A DNA stretch of 63,451 bases, the filler included, from Octopus bimaculoides (lineage: Eukaryota): NCBI RefSeq assembly GCF_001194135.2. It is 6 parts of 5 records of this genome, joined end to end, with 100 filler letters (N's around TTAATTAATTAA, not from the genome) between each part and the next. Parts side by side here need not be neighbours in the genome. Positions count along the whole stretch, not along the records: positions 1 to 20,729 come from NC_069009.1; 5 more parts are not named here. One strand, 5' to 3'. Below are positions 1 through 13,409 of this stretch, piece after piece. Position numbers and translations under genes: made by a program. Under the pieces are notes generated by a model that worked only from the letters and a program-made list of their open reading frames with translations, searched no databases and was not told the DNA's origin. How positions within the stretch are numbered: position 1 is the stretch's first letter; each line of letters starts with the position of its first letter.

Positions 1-58
<58 letters not shown>

Positions 59-467
59 CTAGTGAGAAGAAGTGCAGTTAAACTGTGGCCTGTTAAAAGG
101 TTTATGCAAAACAAGATTAAGTTGGTTGAACGTCTTACTCCAGGGCAGACATAATTGAATTGTGACAAATGTTAACCTCACTTTCTCTCTCTCTCCCTCT
201 CACACTTTTCTCACCCTTTCTTTTTCTTCTCCTCCTCCTCCATCTATCTATCTGTCTTTCTTTTCCTTTGTTCTCAGCCCTTGCTCTTTCTTTCTTTCTT
301 TCATTTCTTTCTTCCTATGTCCTCATCTTTTTTCTCCTCTCCCCATTCTGTCTCCATTGCATCACTGTGTCTTTCTCATTTCCCTTATGAGCGTCTGTGT
401 GTGCATGTAGATAGACTGATATGTAGAGATTTATATATACATATAAATATATGTATCAATCTACACA

Positions 468-582
468 CACACATCTATCTATCTATCTATCTATCTACCT
501 ACCTATCTCTCTCTCTATCTATCTGTCTGTCGATCTATCTATCTACCAACCTATCTATCTATCTATCTATCTACCTACCTAC

Positions 583-613
<31 letters not shown>

Positions 614-650
614 CCTACCTACCTACCTATCTATCCATCTATCTCTATCG

Positions 651-701
<51 letters not shown>
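468..701. repeat. (TCTA)n tetranucleotide array; similar arrays at 3030-3230, 32228-32290, 41128-41220, 52255-52362 and 52960-53140
   Basis: Direct inspection; source of the YLSI/IYLS pseudo-ORFs. Confidence 0.95.
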
Positions 702-879
702 NNNNNNNNNNNNNNNNNNNNNNNNNNNNNNNNNNNNNNNNNNNNNNNNNNNNNNNNNNNNNNNNNNNNNNNNNNNNNNNNNNNNNNNNNNNNNNNNNNN
801 NNNNNNNNNNNNNNNNNNNNNNNNNNNNNNNNNNNNNNNNNNNNNNNNNNNNNNNNNNNNNNNNNNNNNNNNNNNNNNN

Positions 880-922
<43 letters not shown>

Positions 923-2012
923 ATATATTAATCAATCTCTCTCGTATATATGTATCAATGTATAAATACACACACCCATATATACACACACATGCACACA
1001 CAGACAGACTCGAATTTATCCACATACACACACACTCACAAATTTATACACACACACATACCCTTACACACATCTCTCAAGCATCCCCCCTCTCTTTCCT
1101 TTCATTCTCTTCTCTAACGTCTTTCTTTCTTTCCTTTCTCCCTTCCTATGTCTCTCTCTTCTTCTATTCCTCTTACTCCTCCCCCTTTGTCCTCTTTCTC
1201 TTCACTCTGTTTCTCACTCCTACTCTTTCCCTTCTCACAATCTTCTAATCTTTTACCCGTTTCAGTCAGTAGGCCACGGCCATGCTGGGGCATTACCTTG
1301 AAAATTTTTTAGCCAAATTAATCAACCCCAGCATTTTATTTCTAAGCTTAGTATTTATTCTGCTGGCCTCTTCTGCTGAAATGCAACATTACAGGGATGT
1401 AAACACACCAACACCAGTTGTCAAGTGGTGGTGGTGGTGGAAGTCAAATACAGACACAAAGACACACACATAAACACATATATGTGTATGTATATACACG
1501 ATGGGCTTCTTTCAGTTTCCATCTGCCAAATCCATTCTCCAGGATTTGGCTGACCCAAAGGCTATAGTAGAGGACACCTTCCAAAGTGTCATGCGGTGGA
1601 ACTGAACCTGGAATCATGTAATCATGTGGCTGGAAAGCAAGATTCTTACCACACAGCCATGCCTGTATCTACATTTTAAATGTGTGTGTCCAGCGGTCTA
1701 TAAATCTATCTACCTTTCTTCTTACCTACAAACTGATCTACCTACTGACCAATCTATATCTTTCTGTCCATCTCACATATGCAAATGTATGTGTGTGTGT
1801 GAAAGTGTGTGTGTAAGTTTGTGTAAGTGTGTGTGTAAGTTTGTGTAAGTGTGTATGTGTGTATGTACGTGTGTGTGTATGTGTGTGTGTGTGTGAGTGA
1901 AAGTGTGTGTGTGAGTGAAAGTGTGTGTGTAAGTTTGTGCAAGTGTGTGTATAAAGGGAGCAAAAGAGAGTGAGAGAAAAAGAAAGTCAGAGAAACAAAG
2001 AGAGAGAGAAAC

Positions 2013-2051
<39 letters not shown>

Positions 2052-2797
2052 ACAAAGAGAGTAAGAAAGAGGAACAAAGAGAATAAGAAAGGAACAAAGA
2101 GAGAGAGAGAGAAAAACAAAGCAGGAGAGAGAGAGAGGAACAAAGAGAGGGAGAGAGAAGATCAAAGAGAGAGAAAATGAAGAACAAAGAGAGAGNNNNN
2201 NNNNNNNNNNNNNNNNNNNNNNNNNNNNNNNNNNNNNNNNNNNNNNNNNNNNNNNNNNNNNNNNNNNNNNNNNNNNNNNNNNNNNNNNNNNNNNNNNNNN
2301 NNNNNNNNNNNNNNNNNNNNNNNNNNNNNNNNNNNNNNNNNNNNNNNNNNNNNNNNNNNNNNNNNNNNNNNNNNNNNNNNNNNNNNNNNNNNNNNNNNNN
2401 NNNNNNNNNNNNNNNNNNNNNNNNNNNNNNNNNNNNNNNNNNNNNNNNNNNNNNNNNNNNNNNNNNNNNNNNNNNNNNNNNNNNNNNNNNNNNNNNNNNN
2501 NNNNNNNNNNNNNNNNNNNNNNNNNNNNNNNNNNNNNNNNNNNNNNNNNNNNNNNNNNNNNNNNNNNNNNNNNNNNNNNNNNNNNNNNNNNNNNNNNNNN
2601 NNNNNNNNNNNNNNNNNNNNNNNNNNNNNNNNNNNNNNNNNNNNNNNNNNNNNNNNNNNNNNNNNNNNNNNNNNNNNNNNNNNNNNNNNNNNNNNNNNNN
2701 NNNNNNNNNNNNNNNNNNNNNNNNNNNNNNNNNNNNNNNNNNNNNNNNNNNNNNNNNNNNNNNNNNNNNNNNNNNNNNNNNNNNNNNNNNNNNNNNN

Positions 2798-2846
<49 letters not shown>

Positions 2847-3029
2847 ACATATATATATATATACATACATACACATAGATATTTATGCACTCACATGCAC
2901 ACACACATAAATATAGACATGCAGGACCCAAAGATTTTAAGAATAAATTATAAATACATATATGAATACATACATGAATATATTTAATGTGTGTGTGTAA
3001 ATAGAAAAATAGACACAGACAGACAAACT

Positions 3030-3067
<38 letters not shown>

Positions 3068-3106
3068 CAGATAGATAGATACAGACAGAGAGACAGACAG
3101 ACAGAC

Positions 3107-3156
<50 letters not shown>

Positions 3157-3544
3157 AGATAGATATAGATAGACAGATAGATAAATAGATACAGACAGAT
3201 AGATAGATGGACAGACAGATGGATGGGTGGGTAGATGGACCACGATCACTGCTATAAAGCAGGAAAGTATACTAGCCCCTATATATATTTAATACTCAAT
3301 ATTTCATATATTCAATAAGACATTCAATACTTCATGTCATTTTACTATTTATATTATATATTCCATATTCTATATCCCACATTAATTTTATAAGAATATA
3401 AATAAAACATAAAAAACAGACAGAGTTGGAGCTCTTTTAAATAATATATAAATATAGGTAAAAAGTATAGAGAGATAAAAAGCTTGTACATAGACACAAT
3501 ATCGAAAGCAAATCCTATCAGTAATCCTGGGGGGAAGAACATCT

Positions 3545-4070
3545 CTGGAAGATGATGAGCAATCTGGAAGACCTACCATGAGCATCATCCCTGGAATTGT
3601 GCTATTATGCATCAAGAATTTGTTCCACAGGGAGAGATTATCAATCAAGAGTTTTACTGTAATACTTTGAAGTATTTGAGGGAGGACATTTGGTGGAAGC
3701 GACCAGATCTGTAGAGCACAAAGAATTGGATTCTTCATGATCACAATGCATCCTGTCACCAAGCTCTCCTGACTCATGAGTTTCTTGCCAAAAACAACAT
3801 GGCATTGTTTCCGTACTCACCCAATTCACCAGATTTAGCACCTGAGAACTTCCATCTCTTCCAAAAGATTAAAATGCAGCTCAGATGCTGCTGTTTTGAC
3901 ACAGTTGTTGGGATCCAGAGCAAATTGCAGAATGTCCTCAACTCGCTTATGGAAACGACTTCCAGATTCCAAAAGTGGCAGGAACACTGGAACCAATGTA
4001 TTATTGTGCAAGGTGATTATTTCAAAGGAGATAATGTTAAAACTTAGGTAAATAAGTTATGATGAGCAAT
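3545..4070 (+). mobile_element. Internally deleted, decayed mariner transposase remnant
   Basis: LEDDEQSGRP, HQEFVPQG, WILHDHNA and PYSPNSPDLAP-like motifs of DD34D mariners; stops and a large internal deletion. Confidence 0.85.
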
Positions 4071-4879
4071 GACTCTGAAACTAGTCTCTGGATGTTGGCT
4101 TTGCTGGGTGGAGGTGCTTATCTTCACTTTGAAAACATAAGGACACAGGAAATGTGTCAAGGCCAACAGGAAAAGGTGTTTCCTAGGGCTAAATAACAGT
4201 AGCATTCTTCCCTAAATAACAGCAGCATTCTTCCCTATCACATTAAGTTGACAACATACTATCACTTTATCGTGCTGCTACAGCATTAATCCCTCTGAGA
4301 GGTTTAGAAATATATTATTTCCAAGTTATGTCTGTCTGCAAAAATTTACAGATCACGATTCTTTAAGGTAATATCAAAAGGTTACTGGATTAATTATGTG
4401 TGTGTGTGTGTGTCTGTCCATTATGCCTCAAGTTGTTAACTGAAATCTACTCATTTCAGTCATTAGACTGTGACCATGCTGGAGCACTCCTTGAAGGGTT
4501 TTATCTAAGCAGGTCAACCCCAGTATTTATTTTAAACTTATTGTATCATTCTCTTTTGTTGAACTGCTGGGTTAAAGAGATGTAATCAAACCAACACCAA
4601 TTGTCAAACAATGAGGAAGACAAACATATACATACTTCCATACAGTTTCCCTACATACATAAGACAGTAGGGTGTGATTTAAGAAATATTTAACTGCTAT
4701 TTCTAGCAAGAGTATCTACCATGTAGGGGTCTCACTCTCTTGATCATACATATATACACACATAAGACAGTAGGGTATGATTTGAAGGAGATTTCATTAT
4801 TTCTACCAGATCTAGCTACTATATCGAGCCCCACCCCCTCACTGTCTTTCTCTCTCTCTCACACACACACACACACATA

Positions 4880-5095
4880 TATATAGGGAGAATTCACAAA
4901 AAAAAAAAAACCAACAGAGGAAGACAGGTGGTGTAGAAAACAAACAGATGTATTAGTATAATGCTCGGGAAGTGAAAAAGTCTTTGACATTTTTAGCCTG
5001 CGCTCTTCCACAGAAAGGAACACAGAAAGAAACAAGGAGAGAAACAAGGAGAGAAAAAAATGTGTGTAGTGGTTAGTGATCTATCATGGCGAATG
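4880..5095 (-). repeat. Penelope-like terminal-repeat-derived element with a decayed hammerhead-like core; related copy at 29900-30020
   Basis: Shared body with 29900-30020 (aaagacttt...cgagc.tta.actaatacatc); minus strand CCUUU CUGUGGA AGAGC GCAG GCU AAAAAUGUC AAAG. Confidence 0.55.
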
Positions 5096-5099
5096 TATA

Positions 5100-5139
<40 letters not shown>

Positions 5140-5869
5140 AACATAAGACAGTAAGGTATCATTTGGGGGGAGATTTGGCTGCTATTTCTAAGAGATCTAG
5201 CTATCATGTAGAGCTCTCCCTCATTATCTCATACATATATATATATTCTCAATCGCAGAATAATATAGCATTATTCTGCGATTGAGAATTTAAAATCACT
5301 TCTCTAACTTTCTAAGGCATCTCAACACTTCTAAAAAGCAAACTTCGTTTGTTTGTTTACGTTTGTCGTAATTTGAATTTAATATATATATATATATATA
5401 TATTTCTGTGTGAGTTAGAGGTTGAGAAACCAACTAAGGGATAGTACCTATCCAATATACTGCTGGTAGTAGTGTACCCAATTATTCATAGCCAAGTGCT
5501 AGTTATTGCATGGCTATCTTGCAATTGGGTATTATATATGGGCAGGGGTAGAAAGTGGTTTACCCATGATTTATATGGCAAATAAGAAAGTGGAGAGGAT
5601 ATAAAATTGACATTTGAATAAATAGACGTACTGGAATGTGTACCAGCTGGTGTCTGTCGATTTTATATTCCCTCCACTTTCTTATTTGCTGGGTTTTTTT
5701 TCCCATACTGAACTACTTGGTAAAATCATTAATTATTAATTTATTAATAAATTAATAATTCTTTACTCTGTATCTATAATAATTATTCACTCCCTGATAG
5801 TAAACTGCAGATTTTCTGCGGTACTGCTTGTGATGCACATGGTGAACTTGAGGATGGATACAGACTTAC

Positions 5870-5980
5870 TCGTCTATATGAATTCAGAAATGCTGTTTCT
5901 TTTATGTGATGTTCGATGTCACCTGATCGGGCATACTTGACTTTGTCAGCATTTTTGAATTTATAATCCAGAATATCATG
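5870..5980 (-). CDS. Internal coding exon (phase 0/0) of an unidentified gene: HDILDYKFKNADKVKYARSGDIEHHIKETAFLNSYRR
   Basis: Acceptor ttccttcttcag and donor CGA|GTAAGT on the minus strand; 111 nt, open frame, non-repetitive sequence; phase matches the exon at 9432-9523. Confidence 0.7.
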
Positions 5981-6354
5981 CTGAAGAAGGAAATGAATTT
6001 TATACAACTCTAATCCCGAAACGCATACATGATTAACGAAGGCTGGTTGGTTTCGTTATTTTTTCTTCTTTTTGCCTGTGTGAGTTACGAGTATTGCTAT
6101 CTGTGGAGATATTTTTGTAGTAGAAGAAATAGTATTTTAACTGGTATTTCTAAATTTTCGGTATGTAGAGAAGCAACTTTTGCTGATCCCTTAATTATGT
6201 ATATAATTATAAAAAAACTTTTTTATAAGTTTTTGCTGATAATGGGTTTTTTTTTCCATACCGAACTACTTGGTAAAATTATTAATTATTAGTTTTATTA
6301 ATAATTCTTTACCCTATATCTGTAATATATATATATATAGGAAACAACTATCTC

Positions 6355-6704
6355 ATTCCAAGGTGAAAAACTAGAGGTAGTCGATAGCTTCCGCTATCTG
6401 GGCAACCAAGTTAGTAGTGGGGGTGGGTGCGCTGAAAGTGTAGCTGCTAGAATAAGAATAGCCTGGGCAAAGTTTAGAGAGCTCTTACCCCTGCTGGCGA
6501 CAAAGGGACTCTCACTCAGAGTAAAAGGCAGACTGTATGACGCATGCGTACGAACAGCCATGCTACATGGCAGTGAAACATGGGCTGTAACTGCTGAGGA
6601 CATACGTAAGCTCGCAAGGAATGAAGCCAGTATGCTCCGTTGGATGTGTAATGTCAATGTGAATACCCGTCAGAGTGTAAGTATGTTGAGAGAAAAGCTG
6701 AATA
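6355..6704 (+). mobile_element. RTE-clade LINE fragment, young family, truncated by a gap
   Basis: Open RT C-terminal frame FRYLG...MLHGSETWAVTAEDIRKLARNEASMLRWMC; near-identical to 30290-30610 on the opposite strand. Confidence 0.9.
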
Positions 6705-7316
6705 NNNNNNNNNNNNNNNNNNNNNNNNNNNNNNNNNNNNNNNNNNNNNNNNNNNNNNNNNNNNNNNNNNNNNNNNNNNNNNNNNNNNNNNNNNNNNNNN
6801 NNNNNNNNNNNNNNNNNNNNNNNNNNNNNNNNNNNNNNNNNNNNNNNNNNNNNNNNNNNNNNNNNNNNNNNNNNNNNNNNNNNNNNNNNNNNNNNNNNNN
6901 NNNNNNNNNNNNNNNNNNNNNNNNNNNNNNNNNNNNNNNNNNNNNNNNNNNNNNNNNNNNNNNNNNNNNNNNNNNNNNNNNNNNNNNNNNNNNNNNNNNN
7001 NNNNNNNNNNNNNNNNNNNNNNNNNNNNNNNNNNNNNNNNNNNNNNNNNNNNNNNNNNNNNNNNNNNNNNNNNNNNNNNNNNNNNNNNNNNNNNNNNNNN
7101 NNNNNNNNNNNNNNNNNNNNNNNNNNNNNNNNNNNNNNNNNNNNNNNNNNNNNNNNNNNNNNNNNNNNNNNNNNNNNNNNNNNNNNNNNNNNNNNNNNNN
7201 NNNNNNNNNNNNNNNNNNNNNNNNNNNNNNNNNNNNNNNNNNNNNNNNNNNNNNNNNNNNNNNNNNNNNNNNNNNNNNNNNNNNNNNNNNNNNNNNNNNN
7301 NNNNNNNNNNNNNNNN

Positions 7317-7367
<51 letters not shown>

Positions 7368-7379
7368 CATACATACATA

Positions 7380-7790
7380 AGGTAGTAAGTCTGTGATCTG
7401 AGTAGAAATTGATTACTATTCCTAGCTACCATGTAGAGGACTTCCTCATTAGCTCATACATATATATATGTGTATACATACATACATACATGTATACATA
7501 CATACAGAAGACAGTAAGGTATCATTTGAGGGAGAATTGATTGTTATTTCTAGCAGGTCTATCTACCATATAGAGATCTCCCTCATTGGCTCACACATAC
7601 AAGCATACATATGTAAGACAGTAGGGTGTGATTTGATGGAGATTTGGCTGCTATTTCTACCAGATCTAGCTACCATGTAGAGATTTCCCTCATTAGCTCA
7701 TACATACATATATATATACAAATATATGACAGTAGGGTGTGATTTGAGGGAGATTTGACTTCTGTGTCTAACAGGTCTAGCTCCAATATA
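7380..7790 (+). repeat. Four tandem copies of an approximately 90-bp unit with microsatellite spacers; further copies at 4663-4830 and 5145-5225
   Basis: Unit gacagtagggtgtgatttgagggagatttg..tg.tatttcta.caggtctagctaccatgtagag..ttccctcatt.gctca recurs with CATA-type spacers. Confidence 0.85.
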
Positions 7791-8072
7791 AAGACTCTAT
7801 CATTGATAAGTTTTAAGGAAGAATGGTTACTGAAAATGCAAGAGGGTGCTGGGGGGTGAAATTTTGAGGGTGAGACAAGGGGTTGGTAGGGACTAATTGA
7901 ATTTTCGGTAATAAAGCGCATGAGGAATATCAAAGAAATGCTCCTGAAGCGATTATGGAAGGAGCAGACATCTGAAAGAAATTGGTGTATAATGGTAAGG
8001 AATTGGGGAAAATTGGATTGTATATCTGTGCATGTGTGTGTGTACATATATGTGTCTGCATGTATATATATA

Positions 8073-8144
<72 letters not shown>

Positions 8145-8297
8145 CATATATATATACACACACATATATATATACATATATTTATATACATATATATATA
8201 CACACACATATATATATACACACAAACTGACATATATATACACATACATATTTATATATATATTCATACATATACATATATATATATACATATACAT

Positions 8298-8359
<62 letters not shown>

Positions 8360-9030
8360 NNNNNNNNNNNNNNNNNNNNNNNNNNNNNNNNNNNNNNNNN
8401 NNNNNNNNNNNNNNNNNNNNNNNNNNNNNNNNNNNNNNNNNNNNNNNNNNNNNNNNNNNNNNNNNNNNNNNNNNNNNNNNNNNNNNNNNNNNNNNNNNNN
8501 NNNNNNNNNNNNNNNNNNNNNNNNNNNNNNNNNNNNNNNNNNNNNNNNNNNNNNNNNNNNNNNNNNNNNNNNNNNNNNNNNNNNNNNNNNNNNNNNNNNN
8601 NNNNNNNNNNNNNNNNNNNNNNNNNNNNNNNNNNNNNNNNNNNNNNNNNNNNNNNNNNNNNNNNNNNNNNNNNNNNNNNNNNNNNNNNNNNNNNNNNNNN
8701 NNNNNNNNNNNNNNNNNNNNNNNNNNNNNNNNNNNNNNNNNNNNNNNNNNNNNNNNNNNNNNNNNNNNNNNNNNNNNNNNNNNNNNNNNNNNNNNNNNNN
8801 NNNNNNNNNNNNNNNNNNNNNNNNNNNNNTTATTTAAATGGGTGCATTAATACAGACACACATATATATTCATATGCATGCATACATATTTCTATATTTA
8901 CATACCTACATATGTATGTATAATGATACACGTATATTTATATTTACATAGCTATATACATACATAGATGCATATGTTTATATGAATATATTTATACTTA
9001 CACACATATAAGTATAGATACATATATGTT

Positions 9031-9062
<32 letters not shown>

Positions 9063-9108
9063 CACGCTTGTATACATGTATATCTGTATTTACATAGATA
9101 TATGGATA

Positions 9109-9147
<39 letters not shown>

Positions 9148-9431
9148 GACATATGCATGGATATGTACACATACATAAATATTTCTCAATATGTATAAGT
9201 CAATCATATCATGTGTGTAAAAATACATATCTACACCCTTCCACATATACATATTTGCACATAAACTATACATACCTGAGCACATACATATCGTCATCGT
9301 CATCGTTTTAACATCCACTTTTTCATACATACACACACAGACACACACACACACATACATATATGAAAACATCCACGAACATATATGTACATCTGCATGT
9401 TTATTTGTTTATATAAAATTAACTGCGTTAC

Positions 9432-9523
9432 CATGGTTACACAGCCTACATAAAATTCTGGCATCTGGTATCTAGATTGGAATGGTAAAAATATGACCTG
9501 GAAGCTGCCATTGTCTGAAATCA
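9432..9523 (-). CDS. Internal coding exon (phase 1/0): (V)ISDNGSFQVIFLPFQSRYQMPEFYVGCVTM
   Basis: Acceptor ttcttctggtcttcattcag, donor ATG|GTAACG; 92 nt; only the phase-1 frame is open; joins in frame to 5870-5980. Confidence 0.65.
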
Positions 9524-9612
9524 CTGAATGAAGACCAGAAGAACAAGCAGGATTTTTGAATGTGGAAAAAACATTTAAAAATTATTTTGTTGAGATTATA
9601 AGACCAATATAA

Positions 9613-9656
<44 letters not shown>

Positions 9657-9888
9657 GGTGTATATTTATGCAGATTTAGGCTTAGATGCAAAGGATTATA
9701 TATACTTGTGAATATACATTTATATGTATGTATATGCACACATTAATTTATATACATTTATTTGCATATATGTGTATGTACATATGTAAGTAAATCTAGT
9801 ACATCTATATAAATATATAATTTCATGCATATTTATGTATACATACATATATATATATATATGTACATATATATAGTCCTATGTACAT

Positions 9889-9935
<47 letters not shown>

Positions 9936-9936
9936 T

Positions 9937-9973
<37 letters not shown>

Positions 9974-10275
9974 NNNNNNNNNNNNNNNNNNNNNNNNNNN
10001 NNNNNNNNNNNNNNNNNNNNNNNNNNNNNNNNNNNNNNNNNNNNNNNNNNNNNNNNNNNNNNNNNNNNNNNNNNNNNNNNNNNNNNNNNNNNNNNNNNNN
10101 NNNNNNNNNNNNNNNNNNNNNNNNNNNNNNNNNNNNNNNNNNNNNNNNNNNNNNNNNNNNNNNNNNNNNNNNNNNNNNNNNNNNNNNNNNNNNNNNNNNN
10201 NNNNNNNNNNNNNNNNNNNNNNNNNNNNNNNNNNNNNNNNNNNNNNNNNNNNNNNNNNNNNNNNNNNNNNNNNNN

Positions 10276-10310
<35 letters not shown>

Positions 10311-10559
10311 GCATGGGCCTGTGGTAAGATGCTTGCTTCCCAATCAGACAGTACAGGGTTCAGTCTGACTATGTGCCTTCTACTCTAGTGTCTTCTGCTA
10401 TAGCCCCAGGCTGATCAAAGACCTATGAATGGATTTGCTAGACAGTGACTTTAAATTTTATGTGAACTTTATTATGAAGTAAATATCCTTGAATAACGTC
10501 AAATGTTTTACTTGTCTGTCTTCCATTTTTGATCTGTTTATGTACAAATAGAAGACAAA

Positions 10560-12420
10560 AAGACAATCAGTGACAAAAAGAAAAAGTCTGGAAGCTTAAG
10601 GATCCCCTGAATGGTCACAGGTTTAGGGACATATTACTTGAAGCATTTGATGAAAAAGAGGAGAATGCTGTGACATATAACGTGGAGGACAACTGGAGAT
10701 TTCTATGGGACCTGTTGAGGGTCACTGACCAAATATGTGGCTGGTACAAAGTCCCTTCTTGACCTCTGGTGACTTGCTGGTAGAGTAGTGTAGTTGATGG
10801 GCCATTAAAGAAAAAAAAGCCAGCCTGGAAGAGTTGGAAGTGTGGTGGTAGCAGGGAACTGATCAGATGACCAGAAGGGAGACTAGGAGACAAGTATACA
10901 TAGCCTAAGGAGAAGCAGGAAAGAAGTTTGCCAATCTTCTGTAGCATGAGGACCAAAGGTTTGAAGTGTTTCGGACTGCAAGACCGATTTGAAGTGTTTC
11001 GGATTGTAAGATAAAGCAATTAAGGATATGAAGCCAAGGAAAGTCTGCAACCCATGAGGAATCACCAGAGATGCTTAAAATATCTGGCCAAGGGGGATAT
11101 AGCTTAGTCACCAGTATAGTTAATCAGGTTCTTTATGAGTTGAGTAGGCCATACCCAATGATTGGTGTAGTAGTGTTATAGTCAACTGCTGGAAAGACAA
11201 AGTTGATGTCTTTGACAGAAATACTTACAGAGGCATCAAATTGCTGAACCAGGTAATGAAAATCGCACAAAGGGTCATAGCTCAATTAATTAAGAAAAGA
11301 GTTAGCGTAGATGAGATGCAGTTTGGGTTTGTGTCAGGTAGGAGCATGACTGATGCTATATTCCTGGTTAGGTAACTGCAAGAGAAGTATTTAGCCAAAA
11401 ATATAGCTCCGTGCTTGACATTTGTCAACATAGAGAAAGCCTTTGACAGGGTCCCCTGCTCCTTTATCTGGTGGTCAATGCAAAAGTTAGGAATAGATGA
11501 GTGGTTAGTGAGAGCTGTACAAGCCATGTACAGGGTTGCTGCCTGTAAGGTGAAGGTTGGCAGTGAGTACAGCAATGACTTCAATGTAGAGGTAGGAGTT
11601 CACCAAAGATCAGTTCTCGTCCTCCTCTTGTTTATCATAGTTCTCCAGGCCTTAAAGGAATTCAATACCAGCTGCCCTTGGAAGCTCCTCTATGCTGATG
11701 ACCTTGTTCTTATAGCTGAATCACTACTTGACCTAGAGAAGAAGTTTCAGGTGTGGAAGCAAGGCTGGGAATCTAAGGGTCTTAGAGTTAATTTAGCAAA
11801 AACCAAAGTTCTAGTAAGTAGGAAAACAGATAAATCTCAATTCCCTTCAGGGAGATGGATCCTCTCGATATGTAAGAAGGGTGTTGGTAGAAACTCAGTG
11901 TTGTACCCAATGCAAGCTCTGGACACATATGAGGTGTAGCAGTATCTCCTACAGAGCGAAAGGCAGATTGTATGATGCCTGGGTACATACAGCTATTAAG
12001 TCAGAAAACAAACAATTCACAAGTCCCTTCAATATGTAAAAACGATGTTGGTAGAAACTCCATATGTTGACTACTGAGGACTTGCAATGGCTTGAATGAA
12101 ATGAAGCTGGCATGCTCCACTGGATGGGTTATTGTCAGTGTGCATGTGCAACAGAGTGTAAACGATTTAGAAAGGGAAAAATGGGTGTGAGTGGCATCAG
12201 ATGTTATGTGCACTGGTTTGGTCATGTGATGCATATGGGTGAAGACGGCTGGATAAAGTACCAAGCTTTAATTGAGGAGGGGACTTCTGGAATGGGTAAA
12301 CCCAGGAAGACATAAATCTTGAAACAGAGCCTTACTGAGGAAAGGACAAGGGTCCGGGAGACGTATGGAGACGTATCGATTTGCTGTACTTGAGAAGATT
12401 TGTCAAGCCCAGTAAAATCA
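10560..12420 (+). mobile_element. Decayed RTE-clade LINE (RT region and 3' end)
   Basis: TFVNIEKAFDRVP, GVHQRSVL and LLYADDLVL RT motifs; C-terminal WFGHVMHM; multiple stops. Confidence 0.9.
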
Positions 12421-12461
12421 CTGTCATCCATCCATACCGACTCTATGTATGCGTCTGTGAA

Positions 12462-12493
<32 letters not shown>

Positions 12494-12629
12494 GGTGTGC
12501 ATCGATGCTTATTTCTTCGTGTATGTGTGTGTAATGAAAGTGGAGTGCAGAGAAGGGGTCAGACTGATCCAATATTTCACACAGTTGCTCAGTCTTTATA
12601 TGATTTGATTAGAAAGTTTGAAACAGATG

Positions 12630-12965
12630 GTGGTATAGTTGTGGTGGTAGTGGTGTGGTAGCTGTGTTGTTGTGGCAGTGGCAGTAGTAGTGTTAGTGGT
12701 GTTGATGTTGTTGGTTGTAGTGGTGGTGTTGTAGGTGTGGTGGTTGTAGTGTAGTGGTAATGGTGGTGGTGTAGTGGTAATAGAGTTGGTGGTGTGGTGG
12801 TGGTGGTATAGGTGTTAGTGACATAGTGTTTGAGGAGTTTTGGTGATGGTAATGGCAATGCTGATGGTACTGGTGCACTTGTGATTATGATGATAGTGAT
12901 GGTGATGACGGTGATAGTAGTGATGATACTGATGGTGATCGTGGTGGTGGTCGTGGTGGGAGAGA
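12630..12965. repeat. Degenerate (GGT/GTA/GAT)n low-complexity tract
   Basis: Direct inspection; gives poly-T/H/V pseudo-ORFs. Confidence 0.9.
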
Positions 12966-13159
12966 CTGTGATAGTTTTATTGTTGTTATTGCATAAATAT
13001 AACTATGCCATAGCCTGAAGAAGCAAATATGAGACACACTAGGGTGGGTGGGGAAGAGGGTGGTGATGCAGGAGTGGGGTGCGGAGGGGAGGGCAAGGAG
13101 GTAGAAGACAAGGGGTAGAGCAACATATATGAACAATAATAATAATAATAATTATTATT

Positions 13160-13191
<32 letters not shown>

Positions 13192-13370
13192 AATAATAGA
13201 TTATGACAGAAAGAACAAGAGAGAAAGAGGCACAACAATGAGCTTAAATTGAATATTGGAGGAGGGGTATGTGCATATATGTGTATATGTACATATACAC
13301 ACATTTTTATATAAAGATTTATAAAGAAATATATATTTATACATTCATCTATGAATTTTTATATGTAACT

Positions 13371-13409
<39 letters not shown>

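Noticed and set aside
162-3249. Long ORFs such as 281-931, 451-1248, 1773-2876 and 1987-3249
   Set aside because: They are translations of (TCTA)n, (TA)n, (TG)n, (GA)n and N gaps with no real coding complexity; the same applies to all X-containing and YI/CV/HT-repeat ORFs in the track.
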